DNA of 64,000 bases from an uncultured Verrucomicrobiae bacterium (GTDB lineage: Bacteria > Verrucomicrobiota > Verrucomicrobiia > Chthoniobacterales > UBA10450), in contig CAVWPA010000001.1 of the NCBI GenBank assembly GCA_963756875.1, forward strand, positions 416,001 through 480,000, given 5' to 3'. Of the stretch, positions 19,834 through 30,768 are shown in pieces; the stretch's first letter is position 1; the number at the start of each line of letters is the position of its first letter. Under the pieces are notes generated by a model, which did no database searches, was not told the origin of the DNA, and saw nothing but the letters and a program-made list of their open reading frames with translations. Made by a program: the position numbers and the translations under genes.

Positions 19834-21375
19834 TCACAATTCGAAAAATGTTTTCAGCCGTCGCAAAAATGTGGCGCGATACTCTTTTTCCGTGGCGGCT
19901 TGATTGGCGGTTGGGCTCGCTTCTTCGATTATGCCTTCGGTTTCCATCCTGCGCTTGGCGAGAATTTCACTCAGTTGATTGAGGCAATCGGGCGATTCGC
20001 GAATGATTTCCGCCATCACCGACTTGCCGATTTCCATCACATAGCAATCGGCTTCCGCCCGCACGGTTGCGCTTCGACGCTCGCCGGTAAGCAGCGACAT
20101 TTCGCCGAAGCAATCGCCCGACTGCAATGTGGCCACCTGAATGGGAGTGCCGTTTTTTGAAACGGACACCCGGGCTGCGCCGCGCAACAGGACGAACATC
20201 GACTCGCCTGCGGCGCCCTCTTCTATCACGCGCTCGCCGCGGCCAAAGTGATTCAGATGCGACCGCTTGACCAGACTGTCGATCTGCTCGTCGGATAGGC
20301 AGCTAAAGAGCGATTCGCCGCGCAGAATTTCGCGCGCCTCGGCGTGCTCCTCGGCCAGTTGCGGGCCACCGGGGCGGCGAATGTGCAAAGTGCGAATCGG
20401 GAACGGAATGGTGATCCGTTGCCGTTTCAGTTCGTACCAAACGTTCGTGCGCACGGCGTCTTTGATTTCGTTGATCCGCGCATGGTTGAGCATGTAGAAC
20501 TTGATTTCGTAGATCACTGCGAAGTCGGCGAAATCGACCAGGAAGATTCTGACCGGCGGGTCCTGGATCACGCCTTGTGCGCTGCTGGCCGCGCGAAACA
20601 GAGCATCTTTAACCCGGTTGGGCGGCGCGCCGTATTCGACGCCAACCCGGATGCGCATGGCATGCAGATTGGTCGGGTAATGGAGATTAACGATCGTCTG
20701 GCGGACGATCTCGTTGTTCGGGATGTCGAGATAGATGTTGTCGTTGGTGCGCAGGCGTGTGGAGCGCCAGTTGATTTCCATGACCTCCGCAAAGCGCTCG
20801 CCCACCTGTAACCAGTCGCCCACTCTGTAAGGGCGATTGATCTGGATCGACATGCCGGCAATGATCCCGCCGAGCAGATTTTGTCCGGCCAATCCAAGGA
20901 TAATTGCAGCGACTCCGGAGGTGGCAAGCAGGCCCGTTAACCAGCGTCCGGCATGATAACCGTACCAAAGCACGCTCAATAGAGCGATCAGGAAAATGAG
21001 AAGCGCGACGATTTCGCGAAGAAACTGCGGAATTGGCGTTTGTTTGCGGCGTTCGAAGTAAAGATCCCAGACGTAGCGGTTGGTCAGCGCGACTGCCAGC
21101 GCGGTGCCGAGAAGAATTGCGAGCGCTCCGACATGATTCCGCCATCCGGAGTGAATGCCGTAAGCGGCCAGGGCTGAGTAAAAAGCGAGAGCGAGACAGA
21201 AAAGTTGATATAAGAGTCCAAGGCGCACGCCGGCGCTGCGCTTAAGGAAGCGGCCGATAGCGAGCGCGACGAAAAACGTCGCTAGAAAAACGACGATCGT
21301 AACGGCCGCTTTCTGCGTTTCAAGCAAGGTATGGAACATCGCCGTAAGTTTTGGACCATACCAAGGCAGAGCCAC
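19834..21375 (-). CDS. MscS mechanosensitive channel fused to a cNMP-binding domain
   Basis: PYRVGDW..INWRST MscS core; C-terminal FGEMSLLTGERRSATV. Confidence 0.92.
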   Translation of the reverse strand: MALPWYGPKLTAMFHTLLETQKAAVTIVVFLATFFVALAIGRFLKRSAGVRLGLLYQLFCLALAFYSALAAYGIHSGWRNHVGALAILLGTALAVALTNRYVWDLYFERRKQTPIPQFLREIVALLIFLIALLSVLWYGYHAGRWLTGLLATSGVAAIILGLAGQNLLGGIIAGMSIQINRPYRVGDWLQVGERFAEVMEINWRSTRLRTNDNIYLDIPNNEIVRQTIVNLHYPTNLHAMRIRVGVEYGAPPNRVKDALFRAASSAQGVIQDPPVRIFLVDFADFAVIYEIKFYMLNHARINEIKDAVRTNVWYELKRQRITIPFPIRTLHIRRPGGPQLAEEHAEAREILRGESLFSCLSDEQIDSLVKRSHLNHFGRGERVIEEGAAGESMFVLLRGAARVSVSKNGTPIQVATLQSGDCFGEMSLLTGERRSATVRAEADCYVMEIGKSVMAEIIRESPDCLNQLSEILAKRRMETEGIIEEASPTANQAATEKEYRATFLRRLKTFFEL

Positions 21376-21389
21376 TGCGACAAGCAGCC

Positions 21390-21486
21390 TGTAGAGGCCG
21401 CCGTCCCAGGCGGCAGCGTCCGGTCTGCCTTCGCCTGGCTTTGTTTGCCAAGGCGGGGTCTGCCGCCGATGACGGCGGCTTCTACA
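21390..21486. repeat. GTAG REP pair
   Basis: TGTAGAGGCCGCCGTC...GACGGCGGCTTCTACA. Confidence 0.8.
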
Positions 21487-21527
21487 GACGAAGATTCGGC
21501 GAAAGGGACAGCCCGGCCGACCGCAAA

Positions 21528-22328
21528 CTACTCGCGCTTCTTTTTTGCCAGTTCGTCCAGACGGTGAATGATGTCGCTCAAAAGAAGTTCGTTCTTGAGA
21601 TTAAGTTGATAATCCAAATTCGCGCGCAGCCGATCTTTCTGCGCCTGGCGGTTCTGCGACATCATGATGATAGGTGCCTGCAACGCAGTAATCATGTTAA
21701 GCACAAGATTCAGCAGAATGTAGGGAAACGGATCGAACCCCTTGTTTAGCAACACCCAGGTGTTCAAGATCACCCAAAAATTGAGGAAAACGATCGAGGC
21801 GATGATGAACTTCCAGCTGCCCCCAAACTCGGCGATCAAGTCCGCGGCGCGATCCGCAAAAGTCATTTGCGCGGCTTCTTCCTCGTTGGCATTGCGCGCG
21901 ATTCGGTGCCGCAAAAGATCGTCTGTTCGTCGCAACCGGCGCGTCAAAGCGGTCAACATTTCGACTGTAATGCGCGGATCGCTCTCGATGAAGTGGAGGA
22001 AATCTTCGCGTGTGAGCCTGGCAATACGTGCACTTTCAACAACCGTCGCGTCGGCGGAGCGGCCGCGGCCGTCGAGAATGGCCATTTCACCGAAAAAATC
22101 CCCGGGGCCGAGCTCGGCGAGCGTGACCATGTGACCGTCGGCGTCGGTGATGCTGATTCGCACCTTACCCAGGTCGACGAGGTACATCGCGTCACCAGGA
22201 TCGCCGTTGCGGAAAATGACAGCCGCACCGGGGTAGTCTTGTACCGACAAAAGCTTGCCGAGCTTCATCGCGGCCTCCTGATCGAGCGAGGCGAAAAGCG
22301 GCACTGAGCGGAGCGTGTCAACGTCCAT
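21528..22328 (-). CDS. cNMP-binding + DUF1003 domain protein
   Basis: FFGEMAILDGRGRSA; FGGSWKF..FDPFPYILLNL..QAPIIMMSQNRQ. Confidence 0.92.
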   Translation of the reverse strand: MDVDTLRSVPLFASLDQEAAMKLGKLLSVQDYPGAAVIFRNGDPGDAMYLVDLGKVRISITDADGHMVTLAELGPGDFFGEMAILDGRGRSADATVVESARIARLTREDFLHFIESDPRITVEMLTALTRRLRRTDDLLRHRIARNANEEEAAQMTFADRAADLIAEFGGSWKFIIASIVFLNFWVILNTWVLLNKGFDPFPYILLNLVLNMITALQAPIIMMSQNRQAQKDRLRANLDYQLNLKNELLLSDIIHRLDELAKKKRE

Positions 22329-22427
22329 AGGAATGATCGGCCTGAAGAAAGCGCATTATAAGCAGCAATCAGCCAGCTATGGAAGCAGTGGTTGTAAGGC
22401 GCCGACCTGGCCGCAGCTCCCGGCGGC

Positions 22428-22775
22428 TTATTTGCCGGGCGCGAAAACGAGCCACGCCCAGCCCGCCAGAAAGCAAAGGCCGCCTAACGGCGTGATGGCG
22501 CCAAGCCAGCGCAGGTTTGTCAGGCCCATTACGTACAAGCTTCCGCTGAACAGGATGATTCCGGCAAAGAGCAGCCACCATGGGCCGCGATTGGCCGTTC
22601 CGTAAAGAGCGAGCACCAGCAGCGCGATGGCATGGATGAAATGATAGAGCACGGCTTTGTTCCAAACATCGATCATGCCGTGGCTTTCCAGCATCGGTTT
22701 TAACCAATGCGCGCCGAACGCGCCCAACGCCACCGCCAGAAAGCAAAGTGCAGCTGCGATTCGAACCATGATCAT
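22428..22775 (-). CDS. DUF423 (YgdD/TMEM256) membrane protein
   Basis: GAFGAH, YHFIHA, FSGSLY, GAITPLGG. Confidence 0.92.
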   Translation of the reverse strand: MIMVRIAAALCFLAVALGAFGAHWLKPMLESHGMIDVWNKAVLYHFIHAIALLVLALYGTANRGPWWLLFAGIILFSGSLYVMGLTNLRWLGAITPLGGLCFLAGWAWLVFAPGK

Positions 22776-24019
22776 TTCAAGCGGAATCTGGAGGTCTTTA
22801 GCTCCTTTTTCAATTCGTCCAGGGACGCTTGCCGGTTCTGACGAGTCACTCTTATATAAAAGATCGTGCCCGCAATTCCGAAGGCCGTTGCGCCGAGAAA
22901 GTTCAGCTCCGGTCCAAGTTGCCAGAGGTAGGCGCCGACGATCGCCCCCAGGCTGACGATCAAATCCCGCACCAGATAATAGGTGCCGACCATTTGACCG
23001 CGCCGATCGACGTCGGAATATCCGACGATCAGGGCCTTGCGCGATGTATCCCCGAACTCTTTAAAGCCCCGAATCATGAATGCAACGACGAGCGCCGCAA
23101 AGCTGCGCGACATCAGCAAGCTGATGGGAAACAGAGTGAACATGATGAATGTGACAATGACGAACGGCTCTCGCCCATATTTATCCGCGAAATGGGATGC
23201 TGGAATAATGCACAAGATGGCCGCGAGCATCTCCACGGCGATAAGAATGCCTACGCGCTCACCGCTCATGCCGATGTAATCCATCGCGAAAATGACGACC
23301 CAGGCGTATGGAATTCGTTCGCAAAATCGGACCAGAATATCGCTGAGAAGCAGCCGCCGCATCGGCGAATCGAACTCGCGCAAGGTCCGCCAAAGATTCC
23401 ACCGCTCGATTTTGTCGCCCTTTTCTTTCGGTTCTTCTTCCAATTTTCGCTGCACGAAAATTGTGGCCGCCGAAAGCAGGATCGAAATGATGAGAGCGAT
23501 CCGCACACCGGGAACGACTCCGAAGCGATCGATCAGTATCCCGCCGAAAATCGGTGCGATCATGATCGGCAGCCGCTTGATCACCGACTGAGTGCCGATG
23601 CCCATGGCATGGCGATCGGTTGCCAGTGTGGCGGCGACCAGCGACAGCGTGGCGGGCAGTGAAAAACTGCTCCAGGAAAGAAACAGGAACATTCCGACGA
23701 TGACCGCGCCCCAATGTGGAATGAGAAGAACCACGGCGTAGCCCGCGATCGATAGCAGATTGAACGCGAGAAACGCGCGGCGATGTCCCCAGAGATCGAC
23801 CAGTACGCCGCCGGGATAAGCGTAAACGGCTCCGAGCAGGGTGCGCAGTCCGTCATAAAGACCAATCACGAAAACGCTCGCGCCGAGTACCTGCAGATAT
23901 TTCGGCACGAAACGCATCCAGAGTTCTTCACCGGCGCCAATTACGAAAATGGCGACGAGCAAAACGACCAGATTGCGCCGGAGCGCAAAGAACTCCGCGA
24001 GTCGTCGAACGCGGTTCAC
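22772..24019 (-). CDS. MFS transporter
   Basis: About 12 TM segments; D-x-x-G-R-type loop motifs (DLWGHRR, DKYGRE). Confidence 0.9.
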   Translation of the reverse strand: MNRVRRLAEFFALRRNLVVLLVAIFVIGAGEELWMRFVPKYLQVLGASVFVIGLYDGLRTLLGAVYAYPGGVLVDLWGHRRAFLAFNLLSIAGYAVVLLIPHWGAVIVGMFLFLSWSSFSLPATLSLVAATLATDRHAMGIGTQSVIKRLPIMIAPIFGGILIDRFGVVPGVRIALIISILLSAATIFVQRKLEEEPKEKGDKIERWNLWRTLREFDSPMRRLLLSDILVRFCERIPYAWVVIFAMDYIGMSGERVGILIAVEMLAAILCIIPASHFADKYGREPFVIVTFIMFTLFPISLLMSRSFAALVVAFMIRGFKEFGDTSRKALIVGYSDVDRRGQMVGTYYLVRDLIVSLGAIVGAYLWQLGPELNFLGATAFGIAGTIFYIRVTRQNRQASLDELKKELKTSRFRLK

Positions 24020-24228
24020 ACAAGAGTTTTGCCGGAATCGGCTGGATTATTCAAGCGCAGCCGGATATTGATCTCTGCAAAACGGAATTTGCACAGAAGA
24101 TAACGAAGGAAACAAAGGAGGCGGTTACAAGGCCTCTGCAAAAAGCAGTTCGGCCGGATTCTTTGAGGGCGGGCTGCCGCGGAGAGGGTGGCATCTTACA
24201 GGACGCGCGCGACCCCTGGGCACAAGAA

Positions 24229-24612
24229 TCAGGCCGAGGAATGCAGCGCGATGCGGTTGCCTTCTGAATCGACAACGATCGCCCGAAAACCATGCGGCCC
24301 AATTTGTTGCCTGGCCTGCAGAACTTTCCCGCCGTTGGATTCCGCCGCTCTGACCGCGGTATCCAGCCGGCCTTCGACGGAAAGATAAATGAGCGGCCCG
24401 CTCTGCGACGGCTTGTTGTCTATTCCAGCGCTGTCTCCCCGAACACAAAGGCAACCCGACGAGTTCCGTTCTTCATGCGGCAAAAGCCCGTACTCGACAC
24501 CGTTCTCGGACATTTTGCTTACTTCCGTTCCGAGAACGGCAGAATAAAACGTGATCGCTCGATCCAGATTGATGACGGGAATATCTGTCCAACACAGGGT
24601 ATCCGCACTCAC
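24229..24612 (-). CDS. VOC/glyoxalase family protein
   Basis: DIPV..LDRAITFY..VLG and DSEGNRIALH. Confidence 0.9.
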   Translation of the reverse strand: MSADTLCWTDIPVINLDRAITFYSAVLGTEVSKMSENGVEYGLLPHEERNSSGCLCVRGDSAGIDNKPSQSGPLIYLSVEGRLDTAVRAAESNGGKVLQARQQIGPHGFRAIVVDSEGNRIALHSSA

Positions 24613-24647
24613 TTCTTATTCCTGATCCCGATCTTTGCTCGTCGATC

Positions 24648-24836
24648 TCAAATTTCGCGGCGGTGGCCCTCTGAATCGTATTCGTAGGTCTTGCCCGCTT
24701 GTTCGTCTCGCGTGGTTTTATGCGAGCCGTCGCAGAAGGGCTGATTTTTAGAGAGACCGCACATGCAGATCCAGACGGATTTTTCCTGTGGTTTAATTTC
24801 GAACGGTTGCTGATCCGACTTTAAGACTTTGCGCAT
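24648..24836 (-). CDS. CDGSH iron-sulfur domain protein
   Basis: CMCGLSKNQPFCDGSH. Confidence 0.92.
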   Translation of the reverse strand: MRKVLKSDQQPFEIKPQEKSVWICMCGLSKNQPFCDGSHKTTRDEQAGKTYEYDSEGHRREI

Positions 24837-24886
24837 GCACAGACGATAGTGCCGCGGGCCTGCGCCGCAAATTGTGCCGGGATGCT

Positions 24887-24938
24887 GGTGGGGACGCCGC
24901 GCTGCGGCGTCCGGACATCGCAGCGCGATGTCCCTACC
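24887..24938. repeat. GTAG REP (GGTAGGGAC family)
   Basis: GGTGGGGACGCCGCGCTGCGGCGTCC...GTCCCTACC; same family as 59768 and 53888. Confidence 0.85.
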
Positions 24939-27068
24939 ATTTCGCGTTCTTCATCCCGAGCTCTTTGACCAGAAAGGCCCAGCGGTCGGCGGCTTCCTGA
25001 ATGATTTTTGTCGTTGGTTTGCCCGCGCCGTGGCCGGCTTTGGTTTCGATCCGGATCATCACCGGTTTGTCGCAACCCTGCGCGGCTTGCAATGTCGCCG
25101 CGAACTTAAAACTATGCGCCGGCACAACCCGATCGTCATGATCCGCGGTGGTGATCAGCGTTGCCGGATAACAGCAGCCCTTGGCAATATGATGCAGCGG
25201 CGAGTAGGCGTAGAGAAATGGAAAATCTGCGCGGTTATCGGAGCTGCCGTAGTCGGAGGTCCACGCCCAGCCAATGGTAAATCTTTGGAAGCGCAACATG
25301 TCCATCACACCCACCGCGGGCAGCGCCGCGCCGTAAAGATCGGGGCGTTGCGTCAGGCACGCGCCAACGAGCAAGCCGCCGTTACTCCCGCCGCCGATCG
25401 CCAGTTTCGGCGTCGACGTGTACTTGTTGTCGATCAGGTATTGGGCGGCGGCGATGAAATCGTCGAAGACGTTTTGCTTCACATACAGCATCCCGGCTTC
25501 GTGCCATTTCTCTCCGTACTCGCCTCCCCCGCGAGATGTTCGGCACTGCATAGATCCCGCCCATTTCCATCCAGACGAGATTGGCTGGATTAAACGACGG
25601 CGTGATGGAGATATCGAACCCGCCGTATCCATAAAGGTAAGTCGGATTCCGGCTGTCGCGTTTCATTCCCTTTTTATAGGAAATGAACATCGGGACACGG
25701 GTACCATCGGCGCTTTTGTAAAAGATCTGCTCGGTGGTGTAATCGTCCGGGTTGAATTTCATCTTCGGCTGAAAAAGCGGTTCGCTTTTGCCAGTGTCGA
25801 AGCTGTAACGGAAGATCGATGTTGGCGTGGTGAAGCTGGTGAACGAATAAAACGTCTCGCGATCGGTGCGTTTGCCGGTGAATCCGTCGCGGCTGACCCA
25901 ATTCCAGGCAGCGCAATTTCGCCATCGGCCGAACCGTCCAGCTTGAATAGCTTCACCATGCTGTGCGCATCCTTTAGATAAAGCGCAACGAACCGGTCGC
26001 CCACCACGCTGACAGCCTGAAGTTTGTCGCTCGATTCGGAAACGAGCTCTTTGATTTGTGGCGGCAATCCTTTGTCCGTGTCGATCGAAATGATGCGGCC
26101 TAGCGGCGCGTTCAAGTCCGTCCTGAACCAGAATATCGGTCCGTCGTTATCGAGAAAGTTGTACTCGGCATCCGCCTTATCGAGCAGTTCGATTACCTTC
26201 GAGTTTGGATCGGCCAGCTCCTCATAAAACACGCGGTTTTTGGGATCGGTGCCGCGCTGGATCGTAATGATGAGATAGCGGCCGTCGTCCGTCACGTTGC
26301 CGCTGAAGAGCCAGTCTTTGTGGTCGGGTCGCTGGTAAATCAATTTGTCCTGCGATTGCGGCGTGCCGAGCTTGTGGAAATACAACTTCTGGTTGTAAAC
26401 CTGCGTGCGCAGTTTGTTTTTCTCATCCGATTTGTCGTAACGGCTGTAAAAGAAACCGCTGTCGTCTTTTTTCCACGATGCGCCCGAGAATTTGATCCAA
26501 TCGAGTCTGTCGCTTCGATCCTTGCCGGTGGCGACATCGCGAACCTTCCACTGTTCCCAGTCGGAACCGGCGGTGCTGAGCCCATAGGCCATCAATCTTG
26601 CGTCGTCGGTCACATCGAGGCCGTTCAAGGCAACCGTGCCGTCCTTGGACAGGGTGTTTGGATCGAGAAGCCTTTTGGGTGGCTTGGACAGGTTCGTCGA
26701 CGTGTAAAGAGCGCTTTGGTTTTGCAGGCCCGAGTTCACGGAAAAAAAATAGCGGTCTTTTTCCTTAAAAGGCACGCCGAACCGCTTATAATTCCAGACC
26801 TCGGTGAGGCGTTTCTTGATGGCGGCGCGTTGAGGAATGGTGTTCAGGAAATCGAACGTCACGTTGTTCTCGGCTTCGATCCATTGACGCGACGCCGCCG
26901 AATCGGGGTTTTCGAGTGGCCGGTAAGGATCGGGAACTTTTGTGCCGAAATAATCGTCAACCTGGTTGCTGGTTGGTGCGGAGGGATACTTGAATTTGTT
27001 TGTGAGTCCGCGGCGAAAAGAATCGTCAGCGGCGAAATGATAAGAAGCGCAAAAAATTGGCGGTTCAT
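24934..27068 (-). pseudogene. Prolyl oligopeptidase (S9A), split by about 3 frameshifts (possibly sequencing errors)
   Basis: DPYRPLE, YGYGGF, GGSNGG catalytic Ser, DDRV, AGHG distributed over frames; shifts near 27000, 25890 and 25535; signal peptide MNRQFFALL. Confidence 0.88.
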
Positions 27069-27120
27069 GGAAATGCTGTCGAATATTGCCGAGAGGAAAG
27101 AGAAGAGCATCTTTTATTTT

Positions 27121-27412
27121 TGCAGCCACGGCGCTCTGCCGCTGTGAATTGCCACTCGCCGCGGAGCGCCCCGGCAGAGCGGTGCGGCTACAAATGCTGG
27201 AGGCTTGGCATTCCGGCTGCTTTTTAAGAGTATCGCAAGCTAGGAAGTCACCTAAACGAAATTAAAAGTTCCTCAGCTTCTGCAGCGCGGCTATTACTGG
27301 CCGCGCTTTTTTTTCTTTTCTGTAGAGGCCGCTGTCCCAGCGACAAGGACGATTTGTAGGCCGTCTGTGTCAGAGGGCAGGTGAATCGGACGCCTCGGAG
27401 AGACGTCCCTAC
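27121..27412. repeat. Cluster of REP-like palindromes
   Basis: Pair 27121-27192 ending GCTACA; further TGTAG-initiated hairpins and GTCCCTACC at 27320-27412. Confidence 0.7.
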
Positions 27413-27413
27413 C

Positions 27414-30400
27414 TTAAGCTTGCTTCCAGCCGTTACCGTCGCGCGCGACTGCCATCTCCGGCGTAAGATCGGCCTCTTCGGCCTCTTCATCTTCTGCGCC
27501 GATGTCCATCAACGACTTTTCGTGATGTTCCTTGGCGATGAGCATGTAGAGGGAAGGAACGATGAAGAGCGTGAAAATGGTTCCAATCGTCATGCCGCCG
27601 ACCAACACAAGACCGATGGAATTTCGCGCGGCCGCGCCCGCCCCGGTCACCAGCGTCAGCGGAAAGTGACCGGCAACCGTGGCCACACTTGTCATCATGA
27701 TCGGACGCAGACGGATGCGTCCCGCCTGCGCGACTGCCGCAAGTTTCGTCAAACCCTGCCGCTGCAACTGGTTTGCGAACTGAACAATGAGGATGGCGTT
27801 TCGCGAAACCAGCCCGACGAGTGTCACCAGGCCAACCTTCGAATAGATGTTGAGCGTCGTCGTCCAGCCGTCTGTAAAGAAGTGCCCGAACGGCATTTTT
27901 AAGAACGTAAAAAGAAGCGCTCCGAACATCGCCAGCGGGACCGAGCCAAGCAGAATAATGAGCGGGTCGCGGAAGCTGTTGAATTGAGCGGCGAGGACGA
28001 GAAAGATCAGGACTATGGCGAACAAAAAGACGGGCAGAAATTTATTCCCTTCCGTTCGCAGCTGGCGTGACTCGCCGGTGTAATCGAGGACGTAACCTTT
28101 TGGCAGAATCTTCTGCGCTTCGTCGTCGAGAAATTTGAGGGAAGCGTCGAGGGAGCGGGCGGGGACGCCGCTGATGGTGACGGCGTTGAGCTGTTGCATT
28201 CGGTTGAGCGAACGGGCCACCGTCTTGTGCTTGATCGTTGCTACGGTGCTGAGAGGTATCAACTGCCCGTTTGGTCCGCTGACGTAAATATTTTCCAGCT
28301 GCTGCGGATTCAAACGATCGATCCGCTTGATCTGCGGAATGACCTTGTAACTGCGGCCGGCAATGTTAAAACGATTGACATAGTTTCCGCCGATGCTCGC
28401 GGAAAGGTCCGCGCCGACTCTCTGCATGTCGAGCCCAAGCGAGGCCACCTTGTCATGATCGAAAACGATTTGCGCTTGCGGCTGATCGATTTTGGTGTCG
28501 ATGTCCGCGAACATGAAAACGTGCGCTTGCATCGCTTTCAGATAGAGCTGCTTCGCAAATTCGAGAATGCGTTCCGGGTCGGCAGTCGACGTGATGACAA
28601 AACTCACAGGGAAACTGTCGCTGCCCGGGAGCGCGGAGGGCATGACCGGAAACATTTGGATGCCAGGAATCTCCGCGAGCTCTTTCTGGACTATCGGCAG
28701 ATAGGCTGAGGTCGGCGTTTTTCGAATGCCCCACGGTTTTAAGACCATGCCGCCAAAGCCGCCGTCAGGATTCGTGATCTGAAAAGTGAACCGTGTGTCC
28801 GGAATACCCATGAAAATCTTGTTGGCCGCATCGGCATAACGAATCGTATCGTCGATTGTCGCATTCGCCGGCGCGGTCATTATGCCAAAGATGACGCCCT
28901 GATCCTCAGTCGGCGCCAATTCCTTTGGTGACATCGTATAAAAGACCACTGCCAAAATGGACAATCCAATCCAGATGACATAGATCGCGGGGCGAGCCTG
29001 AAGGGTTCGGTCCAGATGCTCGCCGTACCAGTTGCGAAACCTGTCGAACGTGCGATTGACCCAGCCGCTGAATCCTGTATCGACATGCTCCGGGCGCAAC
29101 AAATGCGCTGACATCATCGGGGAAAGCGTGAGCGCGACGATGCCGGAAATGAAAACCGCGCCTGCGAGCGTGAGTGCAAATTCACGAAAGAGCGCCCCGG
29201 TCAGTCCGCCTTGAAGGGCAATTGGCGTATAGACAGCTGCCAATGTGATCGTCATGGCGATGATCGGGCCAATCAGTTCGCGCGCTCCCTTCAGAGCGGC
29301 ATTCATACGCGACATGCCTTCGCGCATGTGACGCTCGACGTTTTCCACGACAACGATCGCGTCGTCCACGACCAATCCAACCGAAAGCACGATGGCCAGC
29401 AGGGTCAGCAGGTTGAGCGTGAAGCCGAACGCCTGCATGAGAAACAACGCGCCGATGAGCGAAATCGGAATGGCCACCACCGGCACGACTACGGACCGGA
29501 AAGAACCAAGGAACAAAAAGATCACGACCATCACGATGAGCAACGTATCGATCAAGGTTTTTACGACCTCGTGAATCGCGTCGTTGATGTAAGCCGTCGA
29601 GTCGTAGGCGACCCGAGCGGTCATGCCCGTCGGCAATTCTTTTTGGATTTGCCCCATCTCGGCGCGAACGCGTTTGATCACGTCGACGGAATTCGCGTTT
29701 GGCAAAACCCAAATGCCCATGAACACAGCCTTCTGACCGGAGAAACGTCCTTCGGTGTTGTAATCCTCCGCGCCGAGCTCGACATCGGCGATATCTTGCA
29801 AGCGTATCAGATTTCCCTTCTCTTCACGCACGACCAGATTCTTAAAATCGTCCACTGTGTGCAAATCGGTGTTGGCAGTGAGATTCACCTGTAGCAGCGA
29901 ACCTTTTGTGCTTCCGACGGCCGACAAATAATTGTTGCGTGCGAGTGCGTCCCGCACCTGGGACGGGCTGATGTTCAGCGCCGCCATGCGATCCGGTTTC
30001 ATCCAAACGCGCATCGCAAAGGTGCGGCCGCCGAGAATGTCTGCTTTTTGCACGCCACTGATGGCGGTCAGGCGCGGTTGCACGAGCCGCACCAGGTAAT
30101 CCGTTATTTCGTTAGGCTGAAGAATGTCCGAGGTGAAGCTCAAGTCACGCCGCGGCGAAGCGCGAATCCGCCGACTCGATGCTGATCACTGGGATCTCTG
30201 CTTCTGGTGGCAGGTCGCGCCGGATGGCGTCCACTTTCGAAGTGATTTCCGACAGGGCCTTGTTTGCGTCGTAGTTGAGCTTCAGGCGCGCAGTGATCAG
30301 TGATTGGCCCTGTTTGCTTTGCGATTGGATGTAATCGATGCCGTCCGCGGCCGCGATCGCGCGCTCGAGCGGAGTGGTAATAAATCCGCGGACCAGTTCC

Positions 30401-30603
30401 GCATCCGCGCCAATGTAAACGGTCGAGACCGTGATCGCAGCGATATCGCTGCGGGGATATTGGCGCACGTTTAGTCCGCCGAGTCCCTGTAATGACGGAA
30501 AGAGAATCGGCAAGAGTGCCTTGGATCCGGCGATGAGGATCACAAAGCTGACCACCATCGCCAGCACCGGGCGCTTGATGAAAAGATCGGTGAAGGATTT
30601 CAT
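27414..30603 (-). CDS. RND efflux permease (AcrB family) with a frameshift near 30143
   Basis: FTDLFIKRPVLA start, VGLVVDDAIVVVENVERH, RLRPIMMT; the two ORFs abut at 30143/30145. Confidence 0.92.
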
Positions 30604-30609
30604 GCGGAT

Positions 30610-30735
30610 TGCGGAACGCACGCGTCCTCGCGCGCACATTTAGGCGCTCTCGCCGAAACGCGGTCTGTGGAGTAGCTGCATTCCCGTCGTCGGCGGGGCG
30701 CCGACTCCAGCACGCGAGGCGCGTGCGCTCCCCGG
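30610..30735. repeat. GGAGCGCACGCG-type palindromic element
   Basis: GGAACGCACGCGTCCTCGCG...CGCGAGGCGCGTGCGCTCC; same family as 48420-48580. Confidence 0.75.
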
Positions 30736-30768
30736 AATTGAACGTGCGATTTCGTATTTGTCATCACG

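Noticed and set aside
24934..27068. Prolyl oligopeptidase as the RiPP leader peptidase
   Set aside because: About 14 kb away, outside the island and with a signal peptide; no linkage evidence
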